From a virus (Duplodnaviria > Heunggongvirae > Uroviricota > Caudoviricetes), in the IMG/VR virus record IMGVR_UViG_651324002_000003, positions 19,934 to 83,933 of that record: a stretch of 64,000 bases of DNA. One strand, 5' to 3'. Shown here in pieces: positions 54,798 through 64,000 of the stretch. The notes under the pieces are model-generated. The model saw only the letters and a list, made by a program, of their open reading frames with translations. It ran no database searches and had not been told where the DNA came from. Position 1 is the first letter of the stretch. The number at the start of each line of letters is the position of its first letter. Both the position numbers and the translations under genes were made by a program.

Positions 54798-57350
54798 CTA
54801 AGCGACCATCACTTCCCGGGTATTATCTTCTTTGATGGAGAACTGAATGGATTGTCCAAAAGCATCCATCAACTCCGGATCGTGAGTAATTACAATTACC
54901 TTTTTGAACCGGTCAGCAACATTCTTGATCGCGTCCACAACCATCTGCCGATGTTTTGCGTCCTGGTTCGAAAGTGCCTCGTCGATGACAACCCACTCAA
55001 CCTTGGACCCGGCCCGACGCGCCAGCAGTTCAGATAATGCAAACCGTATCGCCAAGTCAATCCGAAGTTGCTCCCCGCCCGAGAACGTTTCGTACGGCCG
55101 TTCCCCGGACCAATCGCCGACAATGATATCCAGAGCCTCAGCAACCCCTTCCCGGGATTTCAGTTCCCGTTGCGTCTCAAAGCGGAGATGGTGCTTGCCG
55201 GCAGACATCTGTCCCAAAATCTCATTGGCGATTCGTTCCAGTTCCGGGACCGCGTTTTCGATGATCAATGCGGGAATTCCGTCTTTCCCGAATGCCTTCA
55301 CCAGCGTCTGCCATCGAACCAGTTTCTTGGTTTGTGGCTCAAGTTCTGCGACCAGTCTCTTGCGTTCTTCCCCAGCCATCTGCATATCGGCAATCTTCGT
55401 CTCCAATGCACCAATTTTGGCGTGTAGGGCGTTTTCTTGTCCCCTCTTGAGGGTTACCCCTCGCCGCAGTTCTTCCGACCGTTCCTGAGCCGTTTTCTGC
55501 TCATCCTTAACACCAGAAACCGTGCTAAGGTATTCTTCCGTGAGTTCGTCTGCCTTAGTGGTCCCTGCCGTAATTTCCGTACCCAGACGATCAGCCAGCT
55601 GCTGGGTTGTATTCAGGATTTCCCTCGCGGCCGGGATCTGTTGTTGCAGATTTACCCAAATTTCTAATCGCTGTAGCTTGTCTTGCATGGCAGATAATCC
55701 AGACAACTCTTTCAGTAAAGAATCGTGTTCTGCCTGGAGTTCAGCCACTTTGGCTTCCAGGCTGGATTTCCGTTCCCAGTGCCCCTTCTCCGTTTCGCTG
55801 AGAGTGACCAGTAATTCTGTTTTTCCGGATAACTGCGCATATTGGTCTGCCAGAGGTTTCAACCGCATCGATTCTGTTCTACTCTTCGAATGCTCTTCGG
55901 GTGAATACCCCAGAGTCTGAATTTGTTCATCCATGAGCAGTAATTCGTCGGCATACATGTCAACATCATCACTTTTCAAGGCATCAAGATCAGCCTGAAA
56001 CTGGACCTGATCGGCCGAAGCCTGTTTTGCATTGGCGAGGAATTTGCAGTTCGCTTTTTCAATGTCAACGCATTCGCAATCTTGTAGCATTGTCGCGGCT
56101 ACTGCGCAGTTCTCAATCTGCATTTTTAACTTGTTTTGCTTACTGGTCAGTTCATTTTTGGCAACCAGCAATTTAGCGTTCGTCTCAGCCTTTTGCCGGC
56201 CCAATTCCACGTATTGGCTGTGTAACTGGTCCAGTTTGGTGAGTTTGTCGGCAAGTAGGTCATATTCGGCAGCCGCCGTTTTGAGTGTTTCAGTATTAGT
56301 CAGAAGCGTTTTCACGCTCAGTATCTGACTTGCAACCTTGGCCACTGCGGCATCTACTTCAAGCATGTCAGTTTTCGCCTTAGATAGTTCGCTAAGAACC
56401 TGTCCATACCGCTGCTGTTTGGTTTTCAGGACGGTGATGGATTCCTTAACCTGTTCATGTTCAGCAACCCTGGCCGTTATCTCGGACTCTTGGTCAAGGA
56501 TTTTCTTTGCCGATTCAATGCGTTTCAGATAACCGTCTCGGTCCTGAGTTTTCCTTATGACATCAGCCCGGATGGTATCTGCTTCTGCAAAAAGCTTGTC
56601 TATCTGTTCAACCCTTGCATTAACCCGGGCCAGTTCAGCATCCGCCTTCTGCAACTCGATTTCATCAATTGCTACGGCTGCCGCAAGAATATCCAATTCT
56701 ACCTTAGCGGCCTGATAGTCAGCCTCTGTTTCTTCCATCCCGGTCAACCTGCCGTTGAGAACTTCAATTTGATTGTTCACCTTGTCGATTTCTGCTTTTA
56801 ATACCGCAGCCTTCGCCCTGGCCTTTTCCTGCAAATCGCCATATTGGTCCAACTGCAGTATTTGCGCCAGAATTGCTTTGCGTTCACCCTTGGATTTCGC
56901 CGTGAATTCTCCAGACTTTCCCTGGAGAATCATCGACGACGAAACCATTGTGTTCGCATCAAGTCCCAACAGCCGGTTAATCTTTTCCTGAGTTTCAGCA
57001 ATCGACGCTCCTGACTCGCTCACCCATATATCGCCGGCCTGTTTTTGCAGTTCCAGTGTGCTTTTCCCCCGGCCTTTTGTAGACCGAGTTCGAAGCACCT
57101 TATAAGTGTCGCCATGGTGTTCAAAATCAAACTCCACAGCCATTTCTGTAGTTCCTCGGCGAACCAGGTCGTCAACCGAGCATCCGTTTTTCGTTTCCCC
57201 ATACAGTGCGAATAACGGCGCCCATGTCAGGGCAGTGCTCTTACCAGCGCCATTCGGGCCAACCAGTGAGCAAAGCCCTACGCTGGTTAAGTCGATATCC
57301 GCCTGTGGGATAGCCCCTAAGTTCTGAATTTTAATCCGCAGTGGAATCAT
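54798..57350 (-). CDS. sbcC: SbcC/Rad50-like ATPase
   Basis: N-terminal Walker A GPNGAGKST, a long coiled coil, and a C-terminal FSGGEQLRIDLA signature plus VVIDE Walker B. Confidence 0.85.
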   Translation of the reverse strand: MIPLRIKIQNLGAIPQADIDLTSVGLCSLVGPNGAGKSTALTWAPLFALYGETKNGCSVDDLVRRGTTEMAVEFDFEHHGDTYKVLRTRSTKGRGKSTLELQKQAGDIWVSESGASIAETQEKINRLLGLDANTMVSSSMILQGKSGEFTAKSKGERKAILAQILQLDQYGDLQEKARAKAAVLKAEIDKVNNQIEVLNGRLTGMEETEADYQAAKVELDILAAAVAIDEIELQKADAELARVNARVEQIDKLFAEADTIRADVIRKTQDRDGYLKRIESAKKILDQESEITARVAEHEQVKESITVLKTKQQRYGQVLSELSKAKTDMLEVDAAVAKVASQILSVKTLLTNTETLKTAAAEYDLLADKLTKLDQLHSQYVELGRQKAETNAKLLVAKNELTSKQNKLKMQIENCAVAATMLQDCECVDIEKANCKFLANAKQASADQVQFQADLDALKSDDVDMYADELLLMDEQIQTLGYSPEEHSKSRTESMRLKPLADQYAQLSGKTELLVTLSETEKGHWERKSSLEAKVAELQAEHDSLLKELSGLSAMQDKLQRLEIWVNLQQQIPAAREILNTTQQLADRLGTEITAGTTKADELTEEYLSTVSGVKDEQKTAQERSEELRRGVTLKRGQENALHAKIGALETKIADMQMAGEERKRLVAELEPQTKKLVRWQTLVKAFGKDGIPALIIENAVPELERIANEILGQMSAGKHHLRFETQRELKSREGVAEALDIIVGDWSGERPYETFSGGEQLRIDLAIRFALSELLARRAGSKVEWVVIDEALSNQDAKHRQMVVDAIKNVADRFKKVIVITHDPELMDAFGQSIQFSIKEDNTREVMVA

Positions 57351-58543
57351 ACTTCCATCCCTCCTGCCAGCAAAGTCTCTGTCATGCCGGAAAGTTCGGA
57401 AATTTCCTCCGGGCTAATGCTTTGTTGTTGCGCCCAAACTGCCATTGCCATCACCGGGGTAAGAGATTCCGTAACTTCCTCGGATCGCTGCCGGTCTGTC
57501 CTCTGGATTTCCCCTTCAATGGCATGTATGAAATGTGCTCCCACGCTCACCAATACTCGTTCCATGGCTTTTTTGTTGAAGCGCTTGTTCAGGTCTTCTG
57601 AACACGAATACCGCACCCTGACAACGGAATCAGCTACTTTTTCGGCCGTATCTTGCACCCAGTCGGCCATGGCATCATACTCAACGAAATCGGAGATTTC
57701 TTTCTCAGTTAAGTCCAGAGTCACAAACTTCCGTGCCGGCGTTTCAATGAATCGCGACTGTACCTTCTTGTCTTCCAACTGATGGACATAAAAGCCGGCC
57801 TTCACACTCTCATCGTTAAAACTCAGACGCTCCGGACTTCCTGAATAAAATACGTTCCTAACCTGTTGGGGTCTATGAATGTGTCCCAGCGCAACCAGGT
57901 CGAATTCCGATACTGATTCATCCGTCAAAACCGGTTCATGTTGCATGAGTAAGTCGCTGAATCCAGTATCGGCCTGAGCGTAAGTCATATGCGACATCAA
58001 GACTACCGGTGTTTCACTGCAAGAGCATTGTGCCCTCAGCCCCTTCAAGGCAATGGCGATTTTACTGGTCATTTCCTGATGTACTTCATGCGGCTGTAGC
58101 CCCCGGTATTCTTCCTGCGTCAGGATCGATGACCGGTTTAATCCTGGGAAACACACTACTTCAAAGTCACTAAAATCAATAATCCCGGGATGGGTGTAGA
58201 TATAAGTGTTTTTCAGATCCATTTCCTTAATGATCTCGTAGGCAGCTACAGAATCGTGGCTCGGAGTTCCCGATATGATAACCACTTTTATGCCGTGAGC
58301 CGTCAATTTCCGAATCCATGTCACAAATGCTTTAATCTCGACGCTGGCCCGGTTAATCATCACATTAGAATCCTTGAAAGCATCGCCGCTGAACAACACA
58401 TACTGGCAGCGTTCAGCAATGATTTTATCCGCTACCCAATCCATGGTTCGAGAAATATCTTCGAACCTGGAGGAAGGGTTGGGGCCCGGGTAGTTCAGGC
58501 CCCAGTGCGCGTCGGCTACATGCGCCATTTTCACTATTCTCAT
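57347..58543 (-). CDS. sbcD: SbcD/Mre11-like nuclease
   Basis: Metallophosphoesterase motifs HVADAHWG, GDAFKD and GHIH. Confidence 0.85.
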   Translation of the reverse strand: MRIVKMAHVADAHWGLNYPGPNPSSRFEDISRTMDWVADKIIAERCQYVLFSGDAFKDSNVMINRASVEIKAFVTWIRKLTAHGIKVVIISGTPSHDSVAAYEIIKEMDLKNTYIYTHPGIIDFSDFEVVCFPGLNRSSILTQEEYRGLQPHEVHQEMTSKIAIALKGLRAQCSCSETPVVLMSHMTYAQADTGFSDLLMQHEPVLTDESVSEFDLVALGHIHRPQQVRNVFYSGSPERLSFNDESVKAGFYVHQLEDKKVQSRFIETPARKFVTLDLTEKEISDFVEYDAMADWVQDTAEKVADSVVRVRYSCSEDLNKRFNKKAMERVLVSVGAHFIHAIEGEIQRTDRQRSEEVTESLTPVMAMAVWAQQQSISPEEISELSGMTETLLAGGMEV

Positions 58544-58558
58544 ACCGCCGTTGCCCCC

Positions 58559-59626
58559 TTATTTTTTCTGGCAATCCATGCAAAGCGCACGGCCAATCTT
58601 ATCAGAACTGTACTTGGCAACCTTTGCCGTAATGCTTTTGCCGCAGTCACTGCAAACATCTTTATGGACTGGATTGTCGCTTTTCGGCGCCGCCTGAGCC
58701 TTATCAGTGCCGGCGCTCTCTTTTGTTTCAACCGGCAATTCATCGGGCGGCAAGGGATAAACGGTATGGGTTGAATCCTCTTCATCATCGCCCGACACTT
58801 CCAATACGTGAGGCCGCATGATCATCGACTCCGGCACCGCCCCAAACAGGCTATTAAGGGACATGTTGCCTTGAGCGATCAGTAATTGCCGAACATCCGG
58901 ATCGGAGATATCCGGGCAGAAGTCATACCGAGGAACCACAAAAGGCTTTTCAAGTTCCGTCCTGGTATACTGCCCTTTCATCCCAAACGCCAACCTGATT
59001 ACCCTGAGAATGGCGCCTGTCTCCGCTTTAGCCGTTTTGCTCTTGCGCCACTGAATCATATTCGTATTGACGTTGTCTTCTACCCAGCGCGGCTTATCTA
59101 CATCTGACAGGTAGAACTTTTCAACGTCCTTCCCTTTAGTGTCTTTCCTTTTTCTAATCTCACCTTTGTATTTGTACTGCAGGTTAACGTCCTGCGGATA
59201 CCCCGCTTTTTTGGTGAATTGTTCGCGCAGTTCATCCTCAATAATTGTCAGGTCAAGTTCCTTCGTTGCCATGATTGACTGATAGGTCCCGTCAGGAAGT
59301 TTCACTGCTCCAATCGCCCGGTACATGATATAGTCGCGGGTTGGTTGTCCAATGGGGCCGCTGTCGCGCCAGTTCCAAACGACACCGGCCGCATTTGCTA
59401 TACGCATTAATAAAGGTTTGGCCGGACTGTATAAATCAACAAATTCTTTTTTGTCGCCCTGCCCTACCATTCGACTGCCAACCTTGAAGATATCGCCGGC
59501 ATCCGGGTCCAGGTTGACGGAAACCTCTGTGAAACTCGCCTTTTGCCACTGCGAAATTTTCTTTAAGCTTGGCGTTGGAGCTAAGACATTGTACTTTTTG
59601 GTATCAATCTCCAACAGATCGTTCAT
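58559..59626 (-). CDS. hypothetical protein with a C-terminal zinc ribbon (possible recombination/annealing protein)
   Basis: 355 aa. C-terminal CSDCG...CMDC. Sits with SbcCD in the recombination module. Function not established. Confidence 0.35.
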   Translation of the reverse strand: MNDLLEIDTKKYNVLAPTPSLKKISQWQKASFTEVSVNLDPDAGDIFKVGSRMVGQGDKKEFVDLYSPAKPLLMRIANAAGVVWNWRDSGPIGQPTRDYIMYRAIGAVKLPDGTYQSIMATKELDLTIIEDELREQFTKKAGYPQDVNLQYKYKGEIRKRKDTKGKDVEKFYLSDVDKPRWVEDNVNTNMIQWRKSKTAKAETGAILRVIRLAFGMKGQYTRTELEKPFVVPRYDFCPDISDPDVRQLLIAQGNMSLNSLFGAVPESMIMRPHVLEVSGDDEEDSTHTVYPLPPDELPVETKESAGTDKAQAAPKSDNPVHKDVCSDCGKSITAKVAKYSSDKIGRALCMDCQKK

Positions 59627-59982
59627 GCAGATACCTCCAGCAGCCGCGCAATGGCTTTCATAGACGCCAACTCATTTTGCAGCTTGCTTAGTTCTAGCCG
59701 ACTGGTAATGACCGCGTCCTCCAACGATTGCAATGTCTCCCGACTACTTTTTGTGTGTTCACGAATCTGCGCTGACCGTTCAGCCTCGTTTTTTCCCGAA
59801 ATAAACTTAGTGCCGTCCTCTTTAACAGCAAACAACAAGCTGTCTTCCAAATCTTTCAACAGCGATTGAGCTGTTTTTTGAATTTCATAGGCTGCAGCCA
59901 CTTTCTTTTCCGCTTCGTATATTTCCGCCGGCAGTGCCAGCAAACGTTTCACCATGTTTTCCCGATCGATTAATCCATTCAT
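59623..59982 (-). CDS. coiled-coil hypothetical protein
   Basis: 119-aa ORF. Confidence 0.35.
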   Translation of the reverse strand: MNGLIDRENMVKRLLALPAEIYEAEKKVAAAYEIQKTAQSLLKDLEDSLLFAVKEDGTKFISGKNEAERSAQIREHTKSSRETLQSLEDAVITSRLELSKLQNELASMKAIARLLEVSA

Positions 59983-60178
59983 CTACTTGTCCTCCTTCGC
60001 TCATTATGTTAAAATGAGCATTGATAATACTTTTAAATAGTGGATGTACCTGGCCCGTCTCTGTTGCTGCAGAGGCGGGTTTCTCTTTGCCGTCAAACAG
60101 TTTTATCACCCCCTTGTCTAATGACATCAAAAACACTAAACTATGATTACTGGATAATGTTTACACGGAGGGAATCAC

Positions 60179-60487
60179 ATGAAATTCGGCGATAAAGTCA
60201 AGCATGCGCGGGAATTGCTTCAAATTTCACAAGAAGAGTTAGCGACCAAAGTTGGCGCTACCCAATCATATATAACTCATATTGAAAACAACCGGCGCAC
60301 ACCAAAAATTGAAAAAGTTGTAATTCTGGCAAGAGCATTAAACGTGCCGCCTAGTTACTTGTTGGACGACGCCGTTGACGCATCCAATAATCGTTCGGCT
60401 TACAATCAAGCAATTGACGAAGCTATCGCCGCTGGTATCAGTCCCGAAAAGTTAAAACTCATCATCCGGTCCGTCAAGCGGAATTGA
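60179..60487 (+). CDS. XRE-family HTH transcriptional regulator
   Basis: QEELATKVGATQSYITHIENNRRTPKIEKVVILARAL HTH_3 pattern. GGAGG RBS. Confidence 0.7.
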   Translation: MKFGDKVKHARELLQISQEELATKVGATQSYITHIENNRRTPKIEKVVILARALNVPPSYLLDDAVDASNNRSAYNQAIDEAIAAGISPEKLKLIIRSVKRN

Positions 60488-60670
60488 TTCACAAACATCC
60501 GTCTCTGGCCGATGCGGGATAAAAACTAAAGTATCTCCATAGCCGATACTCACATCCACGAATTCCCTCAAATGCCTGGGGTCCACAAAACAGACTCCGT
60601 GGTGGGTTTCCCATTTGGCTCCTTTTAGATCAACTACATACACATGTTGCATACTCACGAGGAATGCCAT
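60452..60670 (-). CDS. hypothetical protein
   Basis: 72-aa ORF overlapping the plus-strand gene 3' end. Confidence 0.3.
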   Translation of the reverse strand: MAFLVSMQHVYVVDLKGAKWETHHGVCFVDPRHLREFVDVSIGYGDTLVFIPHRPETDVCESIPLDGPDDEF

Positions 60671-60710
60671 CCTTTCCGTCCTTCCCCACTGGGTAGGCCG
60701 CTAGTCCTTC

Positions 60711-60995
60711 TTACGCAGAAACCTGTCTGTTTTTCGACCAAGCAAGCAGTTCATCTTTGATAAACCGGCGTCGCTTTCCAAGCCAGAAATACGGTAATCC
60801 ATCGTTTTTTATCAGGACATATATCTGGCAACGCGATACCTTCATGAATTTGGCAGCTTGGCTCATTGTCATGATCGAAGATATCTTTTCTTGTGGTTCT
60901 GGCATCTTTGGTTCAGGTTTTGGTACCGGAGTGCCACACTCTGCGCAAAACTTTTCATTTCCGTTAAGTGCAGTAGAGCACTTTGAACATTTCAT
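60711..60995 (-). CDS. zinc-ribbon plus excisionase-like HTH protein
   Basis: N-terminal CSKC...CAEC ribbon. C-terminal MSQAAKFMKVSRCQIYVLIKNDGLPYFWLGKRRRF resembles HTH_17/Xis. Confidence 0.5.
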   Translation of the reverse strand: MKCSKCSTALNGNEKFCAECGTPVPKPEPKMPEPQEKISSIMTMSQAAKFMKVSRCQIYVLIKNDGLPYFWLGKRRRFIKDELLAWSKNRQVSA

Positions 60996-61020
60996 ATTCT
61001 CACCTCACTTTCTTACCGTT

Positions 61021-61284
61021 TTACGCCGTTGTTTTGGTTGCAGGTTCGTCTTTTAACTCCATTTGGTTGTTGAAAGCGTCAAAAAAAAGAGTCTCCATTG
61101 GTATTCCTGTATCCACCTCCAATTGCTTCATCATTGCCGGAGAGGGGCAGCAAGCTCCTCTTTCCCATTTACTCCACAATTGCTGAGAAACACCATATAA
61201 ACCTGCCATTTCTTCTTGGGTACGTTCACCGCGAAATTCAGTCAGCTTTTCACGCACAATCATCACCTCCATCCAATCACCCAT
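61021..61284 (-). CDS. cro: Cro-like HTH repressor
   Basis: XRE HTH (TQEEMAGLYGVSQQLWSKWERG). Divergent from the CI gene across the operator region. Confidence 0.65.
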   Translation of the reverse strand: MGDWMEVMIVREKLTEFRGERTQEEMAGLYGVSQQLWSKWERGACCPSPAMMKQLEVDTGIPMETLFFDAFNNQMELKDEPATKTTA

Positions 61285-61422
61285 GGCAGTATAATTCTTG
61301 ATTTTATTGTAATACTACCTTTAGTAGTTGTCAATAGTATTTCAACTACTAAATTTACTAAATATCGCCCTTTTATTTCACTACTATTAGTAGTAGAATG
61401 AAAATAAAAGGAGGCTTCTATT
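61285..61422. promoter_or_regulatory. lysogeny-switch intergenic region with at least five ACTACT/AGTAGT operator half-sites, including the 6-1-6 palindrome CTACTAtTAGTAG
   Basis: Read directly: tACTACctttaGTAGTtg, AGTAGTTG...CAACTACT, cACTACTAtTAGTAGTAG. AAGGAGG RBS before the GTG start of cI. Confidence 0.6.
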
Positions 61423-62076
61423 GTGTTTGTGCAACGACTAAAAGAATTAAGAGCCAAGAAAGATATTTCACAGTCAGCTTTAGCGACTCATCTTGGAATG
61501 AGCCAACAAGCCATTGCAAAGTGGGAAACCGATAAGGCTACCCCAGATCCATATATGTTAATTAAGCTTGCTAATTTCTTTGGAGTTACTACGGATTATC
61601 TTTTGGGGCGATCAAACAATCCTAACAAATCTATATTTCAGGAGTTTGCCGAAGGAACTGAATCACAATCAATAAACCATTCAGACTTCGTCTGGTTGCC
61701 CATACTTGCCGATGTCAAGGGGGGACCTAATGGGATTTCCTATGCCGAGGCTGACATTATTGATTGGGAACGCGTTGAAAAGACAACGATAGCCGGGAAA
61801 AATTGCATCATTTATAAAGTACGTGGCGATAGTATGTCCCCCGACATTAAAGAGGGTGATCATCTCATTGTTGCTGAACAATCATCTGTTGATAACGGCC
61901 AACTTGCAGTTCTATCAATTGGCGACGAAACCATGGTAAAACAAGTTTATAGAAATAACGGTAGCCTGTTTTTGCACTCGTTCAACCAGGCGTATCCTCC
62001 TAGAATTGTAACCGGTCAAGAATTAGAGCATGTTTGCATTATTGGCAGAGTATTGGAGTCAAAAAAGAAGTGGTAG
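61423..62076 (+). CDS. cI: CI-like repressor (HTH plus S24 LexA-like peptidase)
   Basis: N-terminal HTH_3 (SQSALATHLGMSQQAIAKWE). C-terminal catalytic Ser in GDSMSP and Lys in TMVKQVY. GTG start. Confidence 0.85.
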   Translation: MFVQRLKELRAKKDISQSALATHLGMSQQAIAKWETDKATPDPYMLIKLANFFGVTTDYLLGRSNNPNKSIFQEFAEGTESQSINHSDFVWLPILADVKGGPNGISYAEADIIDWERVEKTTIAGKNCIIYKVRGDSMSPDIKEGDHLIVAEQSSVDNGQLAVLSIGDETMVKQVYRNNGSLFLHSFNQAYPPRIVTGQELEHVCIIGRVLESKKKW

Positions 62077-62109
62077 TCCTTCATCAGTAAGAGATCGAGA
62101 GGTATTGCA

Positions 62110-62715
62110 ATGTGGCCATTTGATAATTCTGACACAGTTATGTATTTCAGTATAGGTGGAACGCTTTATCGCGATCAGATTGATCCATTTATTAAAAACG
62201 TTCTAGAAATTCCCAAAAGTAAATCTTTTCATCCAACGCGGAACGAACTAAACGATTTTCATCAGCAATTATCAATAATAGATATAGAGCGAAAAGGCGA
62301 AGGATTATTTTGGTTTATGCTAACAGGGAAAGAACATGGCTTTTCAGCATATACCCCTCAAACCAGCTTGCTACAGGCATTTTGTGAATATAATAGTCTT
62401 GCTTATATCAAGCAAGTTGTTCCAAAAAGCGAGAAACTATACGCATATTGTTCAAGCTGGTTCCCTGGCGATCCAGTTGTTTTTAAGAACCAAATGTATT
62501 ACATAGGCAAATGGATCTCTATATGGAATTCATATTCGGTCAGCAATATTCATTGCGCACATTCTAGTAAGAACAGTTGTAACATCGCATTTAAAGAATT
62601 CACGGATCAAACGTCCGCAGATTGGGTGTTAAAGCGACTTGAAGTAGTTCAGAATAGGGAAGTACAACCCCTTGTAATCAAAGACAAAGAAGTGCCTTTC
62701 AATCGTTCCTTTTAG
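62110..62715 (+). CDS. hypothetical moron protein between cI and int (lysogeny-expressed, low GC)
   Basis: 201-aa ORF co-directional with cI, 34 bp downstream. Visibly AT-rich relative to its flanks. Confidence 0.5.
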   Translation: MWPFDNSDTVMYFSIGGTLYRDQIDPFIKNVLEIPKSKSFHPTRNELNDFHQQLSIIDIERKGEGLFWFMLTGKEHGFSAYTPQTSLLQAFCEYNSLAYIKQVVPKSEKLYAYCSSWFPGDPVVFKNQMYYIGKWISIWNSYSVSNIHCAHSSKNSCNIAFKEFTDQTSADWVLKRLEVVQNREVQPLVIKDKEVPFNRSF

Positions 62716-62762
62716 GTTACTTTTCCGACCATCAAACAACATATTTTTTCGAAGGAGGAATC

Positions 62763-64000
62763 ATGGCTACAGTCAGATATGAGAAACGATCAAAAAAATC
62801 AATAACTATGATTATTGACCATGGTATTGATCCGGTTGACCAGAAGAGAAAAAAGGATACATATGTCATCGAAACAACAGACGAAGAAATTGCCAAGCAA
62901 GAAAAGCTGAAAATTGAACTGCAGTTAGCTCAAAAGACATATAAACCGCCCAGTCATATCACACTGGAAAAATATATTGAACATTGGTTTAAAACACCAG
63001 CAGCCCAAAAATTAGAGTCTAAGACCTATGAAAGCTACAAGAGATGTGCCGATTTACGAATTATACCATGGATCGGGACAATTGAACCTCGGGAGTTGGC
63101 GCGAGATGATCTAAATAAATTTTATCAGCAGATTATTGGCGTGGGACATCTTGATAATCTCAAACCATCGAAAATCTATCCTAAAAAACTGCGCGGCGAA
63201 ACTGAGGAGCGAAAAGAAGTAGGCATAGATGTCGTTAAATATCATCATGCCTTCATCCGCCGGCTGCTCCAGGACGCTATCTATGAGGATGGAATTCTAG
63301 AAAAAAACGTTGCCATAAAAATGACATTGCCGGACCCAGTCGCAACGGTAGACGACGACAACGAAGAAGAAATAGTCAAGGTCTTCACCCAGGACGAAAT
63401 TATTAAACTAGAGAGTGCAGCCGCCGACGATCCTGCGGCCGCCCCCTACATAAATCTAATCGCGGTCGCCCTGAGGACGGGCATGCGACGAGGTGAGTTA
63501 CTGGCCCTACGATGGGAAGACATTAATTTTAAAAACAATACTATTTGGGTCCGTCGCGCCCTGGTACATACTAAGCTTAACGGATACGAATTTAAGTCCA
63601 CAAAAAATAAAAAGCGGCGCCGTATAGAGGTCACCGATGAGGTGTTGAATGCTTTTCGGGCCGAAGCGTGCCGACAGGCACCGTTTAAAGTTCGCCTAGA
63701 AGATAAATATAATAAACTTGGGCTCGTATTCTGCCGTGAAGATGGCCTGCAAAGCCATCCCGATACCATAAGTTCCTGGTTCCCGGACTTCTGTAAGAAG
63801 GTCAGTATCACCCGGCTCGGATTTCACTGTCTCCGCCATACTCATGCAAGCCATCTCCTGGCCGCCGGGGAAGATTTATTTTATGTGTCCAAGCGCTTGG
63901 GCCATAGCGATATCTATGTTACCTATAATAAGTACTCACACTTCATCCCATTGGAGAAAAGAGAATCGCTCAAGGCACTGGAGGAGAGATTTAAAAAATG
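62763..64000 (+). CDS. int: tyrosine integrase, 3' partial (continues past the window end)
   Basis: GGAGG RBS. Open frame to the end of the window. Catalytic R (LRTGMRRGEL), HCLRHTHAS (HxxR) and LGHSDIYVTYNKYSH (Tyr nucleophile). Confidence 0.85.
   Translation, partial: MATVRYEKRSKKSITMIIDHGIDPVDQKRKKDTYVIETTDEEIAKQEKLKIELQLAQKTYKPPSHITLEKYIEHWFKTPAAQKLESKTYESYKRCADLRIIPWIGTIEPRELARDDLNKFYQQIIGVGHLDNLKPSKIYPKKLRGETEERKEVGIDVVKYHHAFIRRLLQDAIYEDGILEKNVAIKMTLPDPVATVDDDNEEEIVKVFTQDEIIKLESAAADDPAAAPYINLIAVALRTGMRRGELLALRWEDINFKNNTIWVRRALVHTKLNGYEFKSTKNKKRRRIEVTDEVLNAFRAEACRQAPFKVRLEDKYNKLGLVFCREDGLQSHPDTISSWFPDFCKKVSITRLGFHCLRHTHASHLLAAGEDLFYVSKRLGHSDIYVTYNKYSHFIPLEKRESLKALEERFKK

Larger units (their letters stand above)
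738..64000 (-). mobile_element. Temperate prophage (integrase, CI/Cro, replication, DNA-modification, packaging and virion modules); right end and att site lie beyond the window, left boundary uncertain
   Basis: Contiguous phage gene content of about 63 kb. Terminase, portal, capsid, integrase and CI motifs all seen in the translations. Confidence 0.8.

Noticed and set aside
58559-59626. Possible TGT/DpdA-like protein because of C-terminal Cys
   Set aside because: Cys spacing is CxxC...CxxC (a zinc ribbon), not the CxCxxC...H of TGT. No TGT catalytic-Asp context was recognised.
63446-63811. 121-aa minus-strand ORF
   Set aside because: Lies entirely antisense within the well-supported integrase reading frame.
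1-64000. Search for tRNA, rRNA or tmRNA genes and CRISPR arrays
   Set aside because: No cloverleaf-compatible segments with conserved T-loop GTTC..A motifs and no regular repeat-spacer arrays were seen by eye. A dedicated scan (tRNAscan-SE, CRISPR finders) is needed to confirm absence.

Overview
About 64 kb that is almost entirely one temperate prophage, integrated in a roughly 50% GC genome. The host is probably an endospore-forming Firmicute, because the phage carries SpoVS and AbrB homologues. Nearly all genes are on the minus strand and are transcribed from right to left. Right end: a tyrosine integrase on the plus strand that runs off the window (about 62763 onward); a lambda-like switch with a CI repressor (helix-turn-helix plus S24 peptidase, 61423..62076) and a divergent Cro (61021..61284) flanking an operator region rich in ACTACT/AGTAGT half-sites; and a low-GC moron between cI and int. 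Moving left: recombination and replication genes (SbcC/SbcD, an actin-like ParM/Alp ATPase, a DnaD-like replisome organiser with a phg_2220 C-terminal domain, a DnaC-like loader, a DnaN beta clamp, SSB, an AAA ATPase). Next is a DNA-modification island: a PAPS-reductase-like PP-loop protein, an HNH-AP2 endonuclease, two small amino-methyltransferases, a radical-SAM protein, and a 638-aa C5-cytosine methyltransferase with six tandem TRD-like repeats. Then come many small early genes (YopX, a cluster of Cys-rich proteins, an SPFH/band-7 protein, HNH, an AbrB-like regulator, an acyl-carrier-protein homologue, a P-loop kinase, a lipoprotein), a sigma-70 region-4 / ArpU-like late regulator, and the packaging and morphogenesis module. 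That module reads TerS, TerL, SpoVS homologue, portal, PhoH, scaffold, major capsid, collagen-like fibre, and tail or appendage proteins. It has no tape-measure gene, so the architecture is podovirus-like. The left edge carries a 5'-partial secreted TPR protein on the plus strand. No rRNA, tRNA or CRISPR array was recognised. Plus-strand ORFs lying antisense to the long minus-strand genes are treated as spurious. Coordinates derived by hand (small ORFs, alternative starts, hairpins) are approximate to within a few nucleotides.
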